A stretch of DNA of 64,000 nt from an uncultured delta proteobacterium (lineage in GTDB: Bacteria; Myxococcota; Myxococcia; Myxococcales; Anaeromyxobacteraceae). Made by a program: the position numbers and the translations under genes. Location of the stretch: contig CAVYBH010000008.1 of the NCBI GenBank assembly GCA_963766715.1, positions 320,001-384,000 on the forward strand, given 5' to 3'. Shown here in pieces: positions 37,514-49,364 of this stretch; position 1 is the stretch's first letter; each line of letters begins with the position of its first letter. The notes under the pieces were generated by a model. The model had not been told where the DNA came from. It ran no database searches and worked only from the letters and a program-made list of their open reading frames with translations.

Positions 37514-38334
37514 TCAGAATAGGCGCGCCGCGCGCCCTCGCAGCTCCCTGCGCGAGGCGTCGGGCCACGGCGTTCTCCGGGGCCCAGGCCGGGTCCAGGT
37601 CGGGCGCCTGCTCCACCTCGGCCAGGGCCCGCTCGAACGCGGCCCGGTCCTGGAGGAGCACGAGGAGCGACTCGGCCTCCGCGCACCCGGTTCAGCAGGC
37701 AGGCGCCGCCCAGCGCGCGCGCCTCCTCGAAGTGGCGGCGCGAGCGGGTCACCCCGCCGCCCACCGCCGCGGGGAGCGCGGCGGCCCAGGCGCCGAGCGC
37801 CCGGTGCGGGCCCGCGCAGTCCGTCGATCCGTCGAGGGCCGCCGCCCGCTCCATGGCGGCCAGCGCCGGGGTCCTTCACCGCGAGGAGCGCGGCGAGCCC
37901 TCTCGACTGCGCCGACGACCAGGTGGCGAGCGCCAGCCAGTAGAGCGGCTCGGCGCCCTCGATCCCGACGTGCGCCGGCGCGCCGACCAGGTCGCCCGCG
38001 TCGACGGCGGCGCCCCAGCCCGGAGCGAGCTTGCGCAGCGCCCGCTCGGCGGCGCGAGAGGCGGCGACCCAGGCCTCGCGGGGCGCGTCGGGCGCCGACA
38101 GCGCGCGGAAGGCCTCGGCGCGGGCCAGGCGAAGCTCGGGCGCGGGGTCGCCCGGATGGAGCGCCGGCGGCGCGGCCGTAGAGCTCGATCGCCTCGGCGA
38201 GCCGGGCCGGATCCCCGCGCGAGGCGAAGGCCTCGTCGCCGCGGGCGAGGAGCGCGGCCGGCGACCGGTGCGGCGTGGGACGCCGTCGCCGGCGGGGCGG
38301 CGGCAGCGAGGAGGCCCAGGACGAGCAGCAGCAT
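37514..38334 (-). CDS. Secreted TPR-like protein, TRAP TatT-component-like, several frame breaks
   Basis: Signal peptide; pieced sequence GAEPLYWLALATW...AAALD...AGPHRALG...GGGVTRSRRHFEEA...PENAVA. Confidence 0.55.
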
Positions 38335-39221
38335 CAGCGCCGCTTGCCGCCCTGCTTCTTCGGCGGGGCCTTCGTCGGCGCCGGCTTCCGGGGCGGAGCC
38401 TTCTTCGGCGGCGCCTTCGCGGGCGCTGCCTTCTTCGCCGCCGGCTTGGCCGTCGGCTTGGCGTGGGGCTTCGCGACGACCTTCGCGACGACCTTGGGGG
38501 CGCCTTCGCCGGCGCCTTCTGCGGGCCGGGGCGGGCTTCGGGAGCGGCCGGGCGCCGGGGGAGCGGCGGGCCGCGCCGGGGGCGGGGCCGCCTTCGCCGG
38601 GACGGCCGGCTTCACAGCGGCCGGCTTCACCGGGAGCGCACCCTTGGCCGGGGCGGCGGCCCGCGTGCCCACCGCGGGGCGCGCCGTGGCGGTGCTCCGG
38701 GAGAGCTTGGCGAGCCGCTCCTCCTCCTCGGCCTGGGTGACGACGAGGGGCGGCTGTCCGGCGCGCTGCCGCGTCTCGTCCTCGGCGCTGTAGAAGAGCT
38801 GGGCGGTCACCGCGCCGCGCACCACGAGCTCGCCGCGCTGGTTCTCTCCCCAGACCTCGATGTCGACGGCGTACTTGCCGCCCGCCTCGAACCGCCGGTC
38901 GGCCACGCGGCCGCGCACCGTGACCACGTCGCCCGGCCACACGATCTTCACGAACCGGGAGCTGAAGCGCCGGATGCGCGCCCCGCGAAGCCAGTCGGTG
39001 GCGAGCTCGGCCAGGAAGCCCATGCCGAGCATCCCGGGCACGAGCACGCTGGGGAACCCGGCGTTCCGGGCGAAGGGCTCGTCGACGTGGAGCGGGCCGT
39101 AGTCCCCGCTCGCCCCGGCGAACCGCGCGATCTGCGAGCGGTCCACCGGCGGCTTCACCAGGGGGGGCAGCTCGTCGCCGACCTTCACCGCCTCGAAGTA
39201 GAGCTGGCGTGCCAAGAGCAC
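38334..39221 (-). CDS. MaoC-family dehydratase with Lys/Ala/Pro-rich C-terminal tail
   Basis: FAGASGDYGPLHVDE..A..AGF, VWPGD; tail KPAAKKAAPAKAPPKKAPP. Confidence 0.85.
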   Translation of the reverse strand: MLLARQLYFEAVKVGDELPPLVKPPVDRSQIARFAGASGDYGPLHVDEPFARNAGFPSVLVPGMLGMGFLAELATDWLRGARIRRFSSRFVKIVWPGDVVTVRGRVADRRFEAGGKYAVDIEVWGENQRGELVVRGAVTAQLFYSAEDETRQRAGQPPLVVTQAEEEERLAKLSRSTATARPAVGTRAAAPAKGALPVKPAAVKPAVPAKAAPPPARPAAPPAPGRSRSPPRPAEGAGEGAPKVVAKVVAKPHAKPTAKPAAKKAAPAKAPPKKAPPRKPAPTKAPPKKQGGKRR

Positions 39222-39234
39222 CGTGTCTCCCTCC

Positions 39235-39672
39235 CTAGCCGCGCCGGAGGATGAAGGTCTCGCGGGTCCGGAAGACGAACTCGCCCTCGGCGCCGCGCGC
39301 CTCGGTCTCGAGGACGAGGACGTCGCTCGCGCCGCTGGTCCCGGCGCGCTCCTGGACGTCGGCCACCCGGCTCTTCACCGTGAGTCGATCGCCGGCCACG
39401 ATGGGGCGTCCGTACTCGATCGACTCCTCGCCGAGGAGCAGCGAGCGGGTGCCCAGGTCGAGCGAGTGGCGGAAGCGCTCGTTCAGGGAGAGGACGGCCG
39501 GGAAGGTCGGCGGCGCCACCAGCGACGCGAATCCGGCGGCGCGGGCGGCGGCCTCGTCGGAGTGGATGGGATTCTGGTCCCCGATGGCGTCGGCGAGGCG
39601 CCGGATCGCGCCCTTCTCCACCTCCACCACGAGGGGTTCGCTCTCCCGTCCGATGAGTGTCTTGTCGAGCAT
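39235..39672 (-). CDS. MaoC-like dehydratase, N-terminal-half type (HadA-like)
   Basis: VEKGAIRRLADAIGDQNPIH, APPTF, YGRPIVAGD. Confidence 0.85.
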   Translation of the reverse strand: MLDKTLIGRESEPLVVEVEKGAIRRLADAIGDQNPIHSDEAAARAAGFASLVAPPTFPAVLSLNERFRHSLDLGTRSLLLGEESIEYGRPIVAGDRLTVKSRVADVQERAGTSGASDVLVLETEARGAEGEFVFRTRETFILRRG

Positions 39673-39683
39673 GCGCGCCTCGG

Positions 39684-40670
39684 TCAGGAACGCCCGGGGG
39701 GAAGGTCGAGCACGGTGACGAGCCCCTGCAGCATGGGCACGGCGGCCGCGGCGTGGACCACCGACCAGGCCGTGGAGGCCTCGCCCGGGAACCCTCCCGG
39801 CACGATCAGGCGAAGCGGCGGGGAGGCGTCGAGCGTCACCTCGTCGCGGGGATCGTCGGCGCCCAGGGCCAGGACCAGCTCGATGCGGACCACCTCCCGG
39901 CCGTCCTGCCAGCCGCGGGCGACCTGCCGGATCCCGGCCACGTTGCCCTTCGCCACCGGCACCGGGCCGGCCAGGTCGCGCGTGGCGAGGATGGGCTCCA
40001 CGTCCTCCTCGAGCTCGTCGAGATCGAGACCGCTTCCGAGCGCGGCCAGCGTCGCCGACTGGGCGAGGCCGGCGTGGCCGATCTCGTCGGCCTCCACGGC
40101 CTGCTGGAACTGGGCCTCGGTGAGGCCGACTCCCGCCTTCGCGAGCAGCGCGGGGCGGCGGGACGAGAGGTCGACCACGCGGCGCGCCTCGAGGCGCCGG
40201 ACCTCGCCGGTGCCCTGGGAGAGCAGCGACGGGAGGCGGTCGAGCGCGAGGCCGGGGTTCACCCCCGCCCCGAGGACGGCGACGTCGTTCCGCTCGCAGA
40301 GCGCGTCGAGGGCGTCGGCCTCCTCCTCGTGGGCCAGCCACGGGTAGGCGAGCTCCTCGCACGTCGAGACCACGCTGAGGCCGGCCTTCACGGCCTGCTC
40401 AATCTGGGGCAGCACGTCCTCGAACCGGGACGAGGTGGCCTGGAGGAGCACGCCGCCCTTGGCCGCGCGGAAGGCGCGGGCCCCGTCCCCCTCGACCTGG
40501 AGACCGGTCGGGGTGCCGATGAGCTCGTCGAGCTTGCGTCCCGCGAAGGCGGGATCGACGACCGCCACGACGCGGAGGTCGCCGGACGCGAGCGCCGCGC
40601 GAGCGATGGCTCGCCCGACGTCGCCGAGCCCTGCGATCACCACCGGGATGCCGGCCAGTTTCTCCGCCAC
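39684..40670 (-). CDS. DapB-like NAD(P)-dependent oxidoreductase (2,4-diaminopentanoate dehydrogenase family)
   Basis: GLGDVG Rossmann motif, VVSTCEELAYP, GAGVNPG, GFPGEAST, GLVTVLDLP. Confidence 0.75.
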   Translation of the reverse strand: MAEKLAGIPVVIAGLGDVGRAIARAALASGDLRVVAVVDPAFAGRKLDELIGTPTGLQVEGDGARAFRAAKGGVLLQATSSRFEDVLPQIEQAVKAGLSVVSTCEELAYPWLAHEEEADALDALCERNDVAVLGAGVNPGLALDRLPSLLSQGTGEVRRLEARRVVDLSSRRPALLAKAGVGLTEAQFQQAVEADEIGHAGLAQSATLAALGSGLDLDELEEDVEPILATRDLAGPVPVAKGNVAGIRQVARGWQDGREVVRIELVLALGADDPRDEVTLDASPPLRLIVPGGFPGEASTAWSVVHAAAAVPMLQGLVTVLDLPPGRS

Positions 40671-40923
40671 GTACCCCCCGCGCTCCGCCAAGCGGAGTGC
40701 CGAGATTTCACGGAAATCCAGATGGTTATATGGCATCCCTCCAAAACCCTTCAACAGGAACGCTCGAAGGGACGAGGCGGTGCTCCGGCCGGCCGGCGCG
40801 GCTCGGCGCGCGTACTCGAAATTGCCCAGCAATACTGGATGCTTGCGAGCGCAGACGCCGGAGGCCTGCGCACGGACGCCCCTGGTGGGGTGTCGCGAAG
40901 AGCCGCTTACGTCCGCGCAGCGA

Positions 40924-41562
40924 TTACGGAAAAAGGCGCTCGAAGTACCGCAGCGCGGCCGGGTCGGACCAGTCGCGGGGACCGACCACGTACGAGACCA
41001 GCTTCCCGGACGCGTCCACGATGTAGGTCTCCGGGAACTTGAAGGAATCCGGGCAACCGCCCCGGGCGACGCAGTAGTACTCCTTGGTCGCCGCCTGGTC
41101 CTGGTCGAGGAGGACCTCGACGCCGCCCGGCATCCGTCCGGCGAAGAACTGGCGCACCTCGGGCCAGCCGTCGTCGACCGACACGGCCACCATCTTGAAC
41201 TTGCCGGGGTGGCGCGCCGAGAGCTCGCGACCGAGCTGCAGCATGGAGGGCATCTCCTCGCGGCACGGCGGGCACCAGGTGGCCCAGAAGTTCACGAAGA
41301 CGACCTGCCCCTTCGCGTCGGCGAGCGTGAAGGGCTTGCCGTCCGGCGTCTGGCCGAGGATGGGCGGCGCGGGCGCCACCTTCGACGCCGGCGTGATGTC
41401 GAAGGCCACGAGCGCCTGCTCGGCGCGCCGCGGCTCCTCGACGAGGACCTGCCAGCCCTTCCATGCGGCGCCGCCGGCCACGAGGAGCGCGATCGCTCCC
41501 GCGACGACCACGAGCCGCGTCTTCCCCGGCGGGGCCGGGTCCTTCGTCTCCGGTGCGTCCAT
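40924..41562 (-). CDS. TlpA-family thiol:disulfide oxidoreductase
   Basis: N-terminal TM anchor; NFWATWCPPCREEMP; cis-Pro FPET. Confidence 0.9.
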   Translation of the reverse strand: MDAPETKDPAPPGKTRLVVVAGAIALLVAGGAAWKGWQVLVEEPRRAEQALVAFDITPASKVAPAPPILGQTPDGKPFTLADAKGQVVFVNFWATWCPPCREEMPSMLQLGRELSARHPGKFKMVAVSVDDGWPEVRQFFAGRMPGGVEVLLDQDQAATKEYYCVARGGCPDSFKFPETYIVDASGKLVSYVVGPRDWSDPAALRYFERLFP

Positions 41563-41627
41563 GCGCGCCGGTCATAACACCGGTCGCTTCCTTGCCGCCA
41601 CGGCTCTTTCCGGGGAGACTCCTGCCC

Positions 41628-42754
41628 GTGCGCGGCCTCGCTGGAAGCTTCTCCCTCATGCCGCTCTCCGAGCTGGTCGAGTTCCTCTCGCGTCGAGCGA
41701 TCACGGGCTCGCTGACCTGCGAGCGGGGCGCGGTCCGGAAGTCGGTCTACCTGCGGGAGGGCAACGCGGTCGGCGCCGCCTCCACCGACCCGCGCGAGTT
41801 CCTCGGGCAGCTCCTCATCAACTTCGGCCACCTCGACGAGGAGCAGCTCGCCAAGGCCTTCCGCACCCAGCAGGAGACGCGGGTCCGGCTGGGCAAGGTG
41901 CTCGCCATGGTGGGGCTCGTGCAGCCCCGGACCATCCGCGAGGTGCTCTCCATCAAGATCCGGGAGACCCTGCTCGACGTGTTCCGCTGGGAGTCGGGCG
42001 TGTTCCGCGTCGACGAGGACCCGCCGCCGGCCTCCGACGACGAGCTCTCGGTGCTCGGTGCCCCTCGCCGACATCCTCAAGGAGGCCGAGTTCCGCGCCA
42101 CCGCGTGGGACGCCTTCCTGGCCCAGTTCCCGAGCGGCGGCGCGACCCTCGAGATCGACGAGTCCCGCATCCCGGCGTCGGCGTCCGACGACACCATCGA
42201 CGGCAAGGTCCTCATGCTGGCCCTGCACGGCCGGACCATCGACGAGATCGGCCTCGCCCTGCACGCCACCGAGTTCCACCTCTACCAGCGGCTCTACGCG
42301 CTGGCTCGCCAGGGCGTGCTGCGCGCGGTGCCGGTGGAGGAGATCGTCGAGCCCATCGCGGGAGACGAGTCCCACGTGGCCGCGGTGCTCGACGAGTCGC
42401 GCCGGGCGCTGGCCGACGGGCGGCCGGCCGACGCGGAGCAGGCGGCGGCCCGCGCGCTCGCGACCGTCGCCGTCCTCCGACGCCGCGCGGCAGGCGCTCG
42501 CCTCGGCGCGGGAGGCGCTCGGCGCGTCCCTGCGCGCCTCGCTGGATCGCCGCGCCATCCCCGTGCCTCGCCTGGCGGCGAGCGAGATCGCCTCCCTGGG
42601 CCTCGACGCGTCGGAGAAGTACCTGCTCTCCCGCTGCGACGGACGCCGGGCGCTGGGGCAGATCGCCCAGGTGGCCCCGCTCGACGAGCTGGAGGTGCTG
42701 AAGGCCTTCCGCGGATTCGTCGACCGCGGCGTGGTCGAGCTGCGCGCCGGCTGA
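41628..42754 (+). CDS. DUF4388-domain protein, frame breaks near 42055 and 42470
   Basis: GSFSLMPLSELVEFL..TGSL, FLGQLL, RLGKVL, FRWESGVF, YLLSRCDG. Confidence 0.75.
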
Positions 42755-42759
42755 GGTCC

Positions 42760-44127
42760 CTACGGCTTGCGGGCCCGGGCCCGCGGCGCGGCGACTTCAG
42801 GCTTCCCGCTCTCCCAGTCGGCCCAGGCCTCGACCGCGGCGTGGGCGACGTAGGGCGCCTTCACCCGCCAGCTGCGGTCGTTCACGACCACCACGGCGAA
42901 GGCCACCCTCGGGTTGTCGGCCGGCGCGAATCCCACGAACCAGGTGTAGTCGCGGAAGGGATTGGCCTCGGAGAGCGAGCCGGTCTTTCCGGCCACGGTC
43001 AGCCCCTGCATCGACGACTTCCTGGAGCGCGGCGCCTTGAAGGCGCGGCGGCCGGTGCCCTCGGTGACGGTGGTCCGCATCATGGCGCCGAGCTCGGCCG
43101 CCACCCGCTCGTCGAGGACCCGGCGCGGCCCGGCCATCACCGGCATGGCCGTTCCGGTCGTCGAGGCCACCACGTCGGGCGGCACGAAGACGCCGCCGTT
43201 CGCGACGATGGCGGCGACCACGGCCCCGTGGAGCGGCGAGAGGCGCACCGGGCCGAAGCCGGCCGCGGTGGTGGCGAGCGCGAAGGGCTCCTCGGGGATG
43301 TCGGCCCGCGAGGTCTCGACCTTCTGCGCGAAGGGGATGGTCTGGTTGAAGAGGAAGCGGTCGGCCTCGGCCCGGAGCAGGCCGGCGTTGAGCGCCCGGT
43401 CGGCCAGCTTGGCGAAGACCACGTTGGCGCTCTTCCCCAGGGCCGACGAGAGCGACAGGCAGGCCCGGTCCCGCCGGGGATCGTCGGCCAGGTTGGCGGG
43501 CATCACGCGGTGCTGGCCCCCGTGGTAGCAGACCTCGTTGCCGGGCTCGAAGCCGCGGTGGAGCAGCGCCGAGCTGGTGACGATCTTGAAGACGCTGGCG
43601 GCCGGCGCCCGGGCCTCGAGGGAGAGGCCGCGCTTGCCGGGTTCACGCTGGGAGTGCTCGGCCATGGCGAGCACCCGCCCGGTGGCCGGCTCGAGGAGGA
43701 CGGCGGCGGCCCAGGGCACGCGGTACTCGGCGAGCAGCCGCTCGATGCGCTCCTGGAGGCGCGGCACGGTGGTGAGGACGGCGCGGCCCGATCCGAGCGG
43801 CGCCACGTAGCGATCGGCGACGCGGTCGAGCTCCGCCTCGGCCAGGCGAAGCTCGGCGGGCGCGACGGCCGGTGCGGCCAGCGTCGGCGGTGCGGCCGGC
43901 ATCGCGGGTGCGGCCTGTGTCGGCGCTGCGGCCGGCATCGCGGGTGCGGGAGCCATCGCGACCGTCGCGACGGGGGCGGGCGGCGCCGGCTCGTGCTGCA
44001 GCGCCACGACCGAGGCCCCCGCGGGGGCGTCGATGCCCGAGGCGGTGAGCGGCCAGGGAAGGGCGAGGAAGACGAAGAGGACTCCGAAGCCAGCGAGCAG
44101 CCAGGGAGCGAGGCGGGGACGTGTCAT
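42760..44127 (-). CDS. Penicillin-binding protein, transpeptidase domain only
   Basis: SxxK (ASVFK), SxN (SAN), KTG; N-terminal anchor and Ala/Pro linker. Confidence 0.88.
   Translation of the reverse strand: MTRPRLAPWLLAGFGVLFVFLALPWPLTASGIDAPAGASVVALQHEPAPPAPVATVAMAPAPAMPAAAPTQAAPAMPAAPPTLAAPAVAPAELRLAEAELDRVADRYVAPLGSGRAVLTTVPRLQERIERLLAEYRVPWAAAVLLEPATGRVLAMAEHSQREPGKRGLSLEARAPAASVFKIVTSSALLHRGFEPGNEVCYHGGQHRVMPANLADDPRRDRACLSLSSALGKSANVVFAKLADRALNAGLLRAEADRFLFNQTIPFAQKVETSRADIPEEPFALATTAAGFGPVRLSPLHGAVVAAIVANGGVFVPPDVVASTTGTAMPVMAGPRRVLDERVAAELGAMMRTTVTEGTGRRAFKAPRSRKSSMQGLTVAGKTGSLSEANPFRDYTWFVGFAPADNPRVAFAVVVVNDRSWRVKAPYVAHAAVEAWADWESGKPEVAAPRARARKP
43883..43949. repeat. In-frame 36-bp tandem repeat (about 2 copies) in the PBP linker
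   Basis: TGCGGCCGGCATCGCGGGTGCGG at 43891 and 43927; encodes APAMPAA repeats. Confidence 0.75.
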
Positions 44128-44238
44128 CGCGATATCGGCATTGTCGTTGAAGGATGGGGCACGGTCAAAATAAGCGGAGTGCCCGGCGTCGAGCACTCCG
44201 CTTCCCGCGCCCGAGGTGGGCGCGACACGCAGCTTCAC

Positions 44239-47158
<2,920 letters not shown>

Positions 47159-47345
47159 CGCGTGAACCCCTGACCGTGCACGCCCTGCACCGGCACGCGC
47201 CCTGTGGTGAAGCCTGGGAACGACTGTACGCCCGCGCCGAAGGGTCGGGAGCGGACATCACTCGTAGCCGTTTGGGGGCGTCCTCCCCATTGCCCGCGAT
47301 CAAGAAATGCGGGATTTTCGACTGTCAATGCCCCGTGTCTGCGAG

Positions 47346-47373
47346 GAGTTGACGCTGTAAAGGGTGTCAACTC
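47346..47373. other. Inverted repeat GAGTTGAC-N12-GTCAACTC upstream of ppdK
   Basis: 8-bp perfect arms, extendable to 11 bp with G-U pairs. Confidence 0.6.
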
Positions 47374-47387
47374 GGGTGCGCCGGGAC

Positions 47388-48441
47388 TCAGATGCGCAGG
47401 GATTCGATGCGCGTCTCGTCCGGCTCGGGCTCGACGTCGAGAACCTCGACGACGCCGTCCTCGAGCCACTCGATCGCCACGCGGGGCAGGGACCGCCCCT
47501 TCCCGTAGCGCGCCACGATGCGGGCGGCGAGCTGCCGGTCCTCCCACGACGGCGCGCCCTCGACGAGCGCGACCGGGCCGTTCAGGTCGCGCGCCATGAG
47601 CCGGGCGCGACCCTCGCCGTAGGACTCGAGGATGACGTTCTCCACCTCGCTGCGCCCCACCACCAGCTTGGCCGTGGGCGAGAGCCGGAGGTGGCGGCCG
47701 GTGGAGAGGAGGACGATGTCCTCCTTGCGGATGCGCCGCTCCTCGCCCGACGCCTCGCGGGCGTCGAGCACGTCGAAGAACTTCCGGGAGAAGGACTCGT
47801 CGGTGAGGTAGCAGCAGCCGCCGGCGGGCTGGGGCCACTCGGCGATGCCCAGCTCCCGGGCCAGCCGGATCTGGCGCTGGCGGGAGCGCCCGTTGATGTC
47901 GAGGAGGCGCGATCGGTCGAGCAGCCCCTCGCGCTCGGGGATGGACGGCTCGAGGAGCCTGGCGGAGAGGGGCCGCACGAGGCGCCCCTGCAGCCCGCTC
48001 TCCCGCTCGATGAGCCGCATGGTGTCGCGGCGCTGGCTCTTGGGGCGCTGGCCCACCACCTCGCCGGTGAAGACGAAGGCCGCCCCCTCCCGCTCCATGA
48101 TCTCCCGGGCCTTCCTCATCATGAAGACGCGGCAGTCGATGCAGGGGTTGGCGTTCGATCCGTAGCCGTACCGGGGGTTCACGATCAGGTCGAGGTAGCC
48201 GGCGTCGGAGATGTCGACGTACTCGATGTCGACCTCGAGGTCGGCGGCGGCGCGCAGGGCCTCGTTCTGGGGCACCGTGCCGTCCGGCGCGGCCGCCCTT
48301 GCGGCGCTGGGTCTCGGTGATGCAGAAGCCGGTGTAGAAGTTCACCGCCTTCACCTCGAAGCCCTGCTGCTTCACGAGCGCCAGCGCGAGCGTCGAGTCG
48401 AGCCCGCCGGAGATCATGCCGATGGCCTTCTTCGCGCTCAC
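47388..48441 (-). CDS. PP-loop tRNA sulfurtransferase-like protein (ThiI/MnmA-related), frame break near 48290
   Basis: SGGLDS PP-loop, NPCIDC, TGEVVGQRPKSQ, RPLSA, PAGGCCYLTD, GRHLRL. Confidence 0.78.
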
Positions 48442-48691
48442 GCCGGCCCCGCTTCCGGACCCAGCTCTTCCAGGACCCGCCTTCCCGGAAGGTGCCCAGG
48501 TGCTCGTGCCGGGTGGCCCGGCACCACATGGGCATGTCGGTGGCGATGCCCGGGTCGGTGGCCACCACGCAGAGGACCGCGCCGGCGGGCAGCTCCTTCA
48601 TGACCCGCGCCGTCTCCACGATGGGGTACGGGCAGAGGCTCCCCGAGGTGTCGAGGGTGCGGTCGGGCGCCGGCAGGGTGACCTCCGTCAT
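48438..48691 (-). CDS. tusA: TusA-family sulfur carrier
   Basis: LDTSGSLCPYP, ATDPG..D...WC; the stop needs a frame correction at the last codons. Confidence 0.85.
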
Positions 48692-48806
48692 CGCCGCTCC
48701 GTTTACCGCCGGGACGGGAAGGGAGCAACCGCGGCGAGCGTTCTCGTGCGAAGCACGTCTTCCTTGCCCGAAGGAGGGTGCGGCGATACCCTCCGGGCCC
48801 CCGACC

Positions 48807-49319
48807 TTGACCCACCTGGCTCGACAGATCCTCCCCCTGGCCGCGGCCGCGCTCCTGGCCCTGCCGGGCGTGGCCCGTCCCGCCGACCCGCCGTCCGGGT
48901 CGAGCCCGGTGGGGCTCATCCTCTCCGCGGACGTGGGCGGCGGCGGCCAGGTGGGACAGGGGTCGGCCTACGACCCGCCGGCGGTCTTCGAGCTGGAGTT
49001 CGGGGTGGCCTACGACATCGCCTTCGGGATCGCCCCCCAGCTGTCGATGGTCCTCGGGATGGCGCCCGGGACCTCCTTCGCGATCCGGCCCGGGCTGGAG
49101 TGGTTCATCCCGGAGACGCCCTTCTACCTGCGGGCCGCCTTCGACGCCTCGACGCAGGTCGGGTACCTCGCCTGGCGGTGGCTGCTCCTGGGCGGCGGCG
49201 TCGCCGTCCGCATCACCGACGTCCTGGGCTTCATGGTGGAGGCCGACAGCGGGTTCCCGCTGGCGAACGGGGTCGGCGTGCCGCTCCTCCTCCGCGCCGG
49301 GGCCTTCGCCCGATTCTAG
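48807..49319 (+). CDS. Hypothetical outer-membrane beta-barrel protein
   Basis: Probable TTG start, signal peptide, alternating amphipathic strands, terminal Phe (GAFARF). Confidence 0.6.
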   Translation: MTHLARQILPLAAAALLALPGVARPADPPSGSSPVGLILSADVGGGGQVGQGSAYDPPAVFELEFGVAYDIAFGIAPQLSMVLGMAPGTSFAIRPGLEWFIPETPFYLRAAFDASTQVGYLAWRWLLLGGGVAVRITDVLGFMVEADSGFPLANGVGVPLLLRAGAFARF

Positions 49320-49364
49320 AACCAGGGCCGCGAGCCGCGGCCCGGCAACACGGGAGTGAACGAG

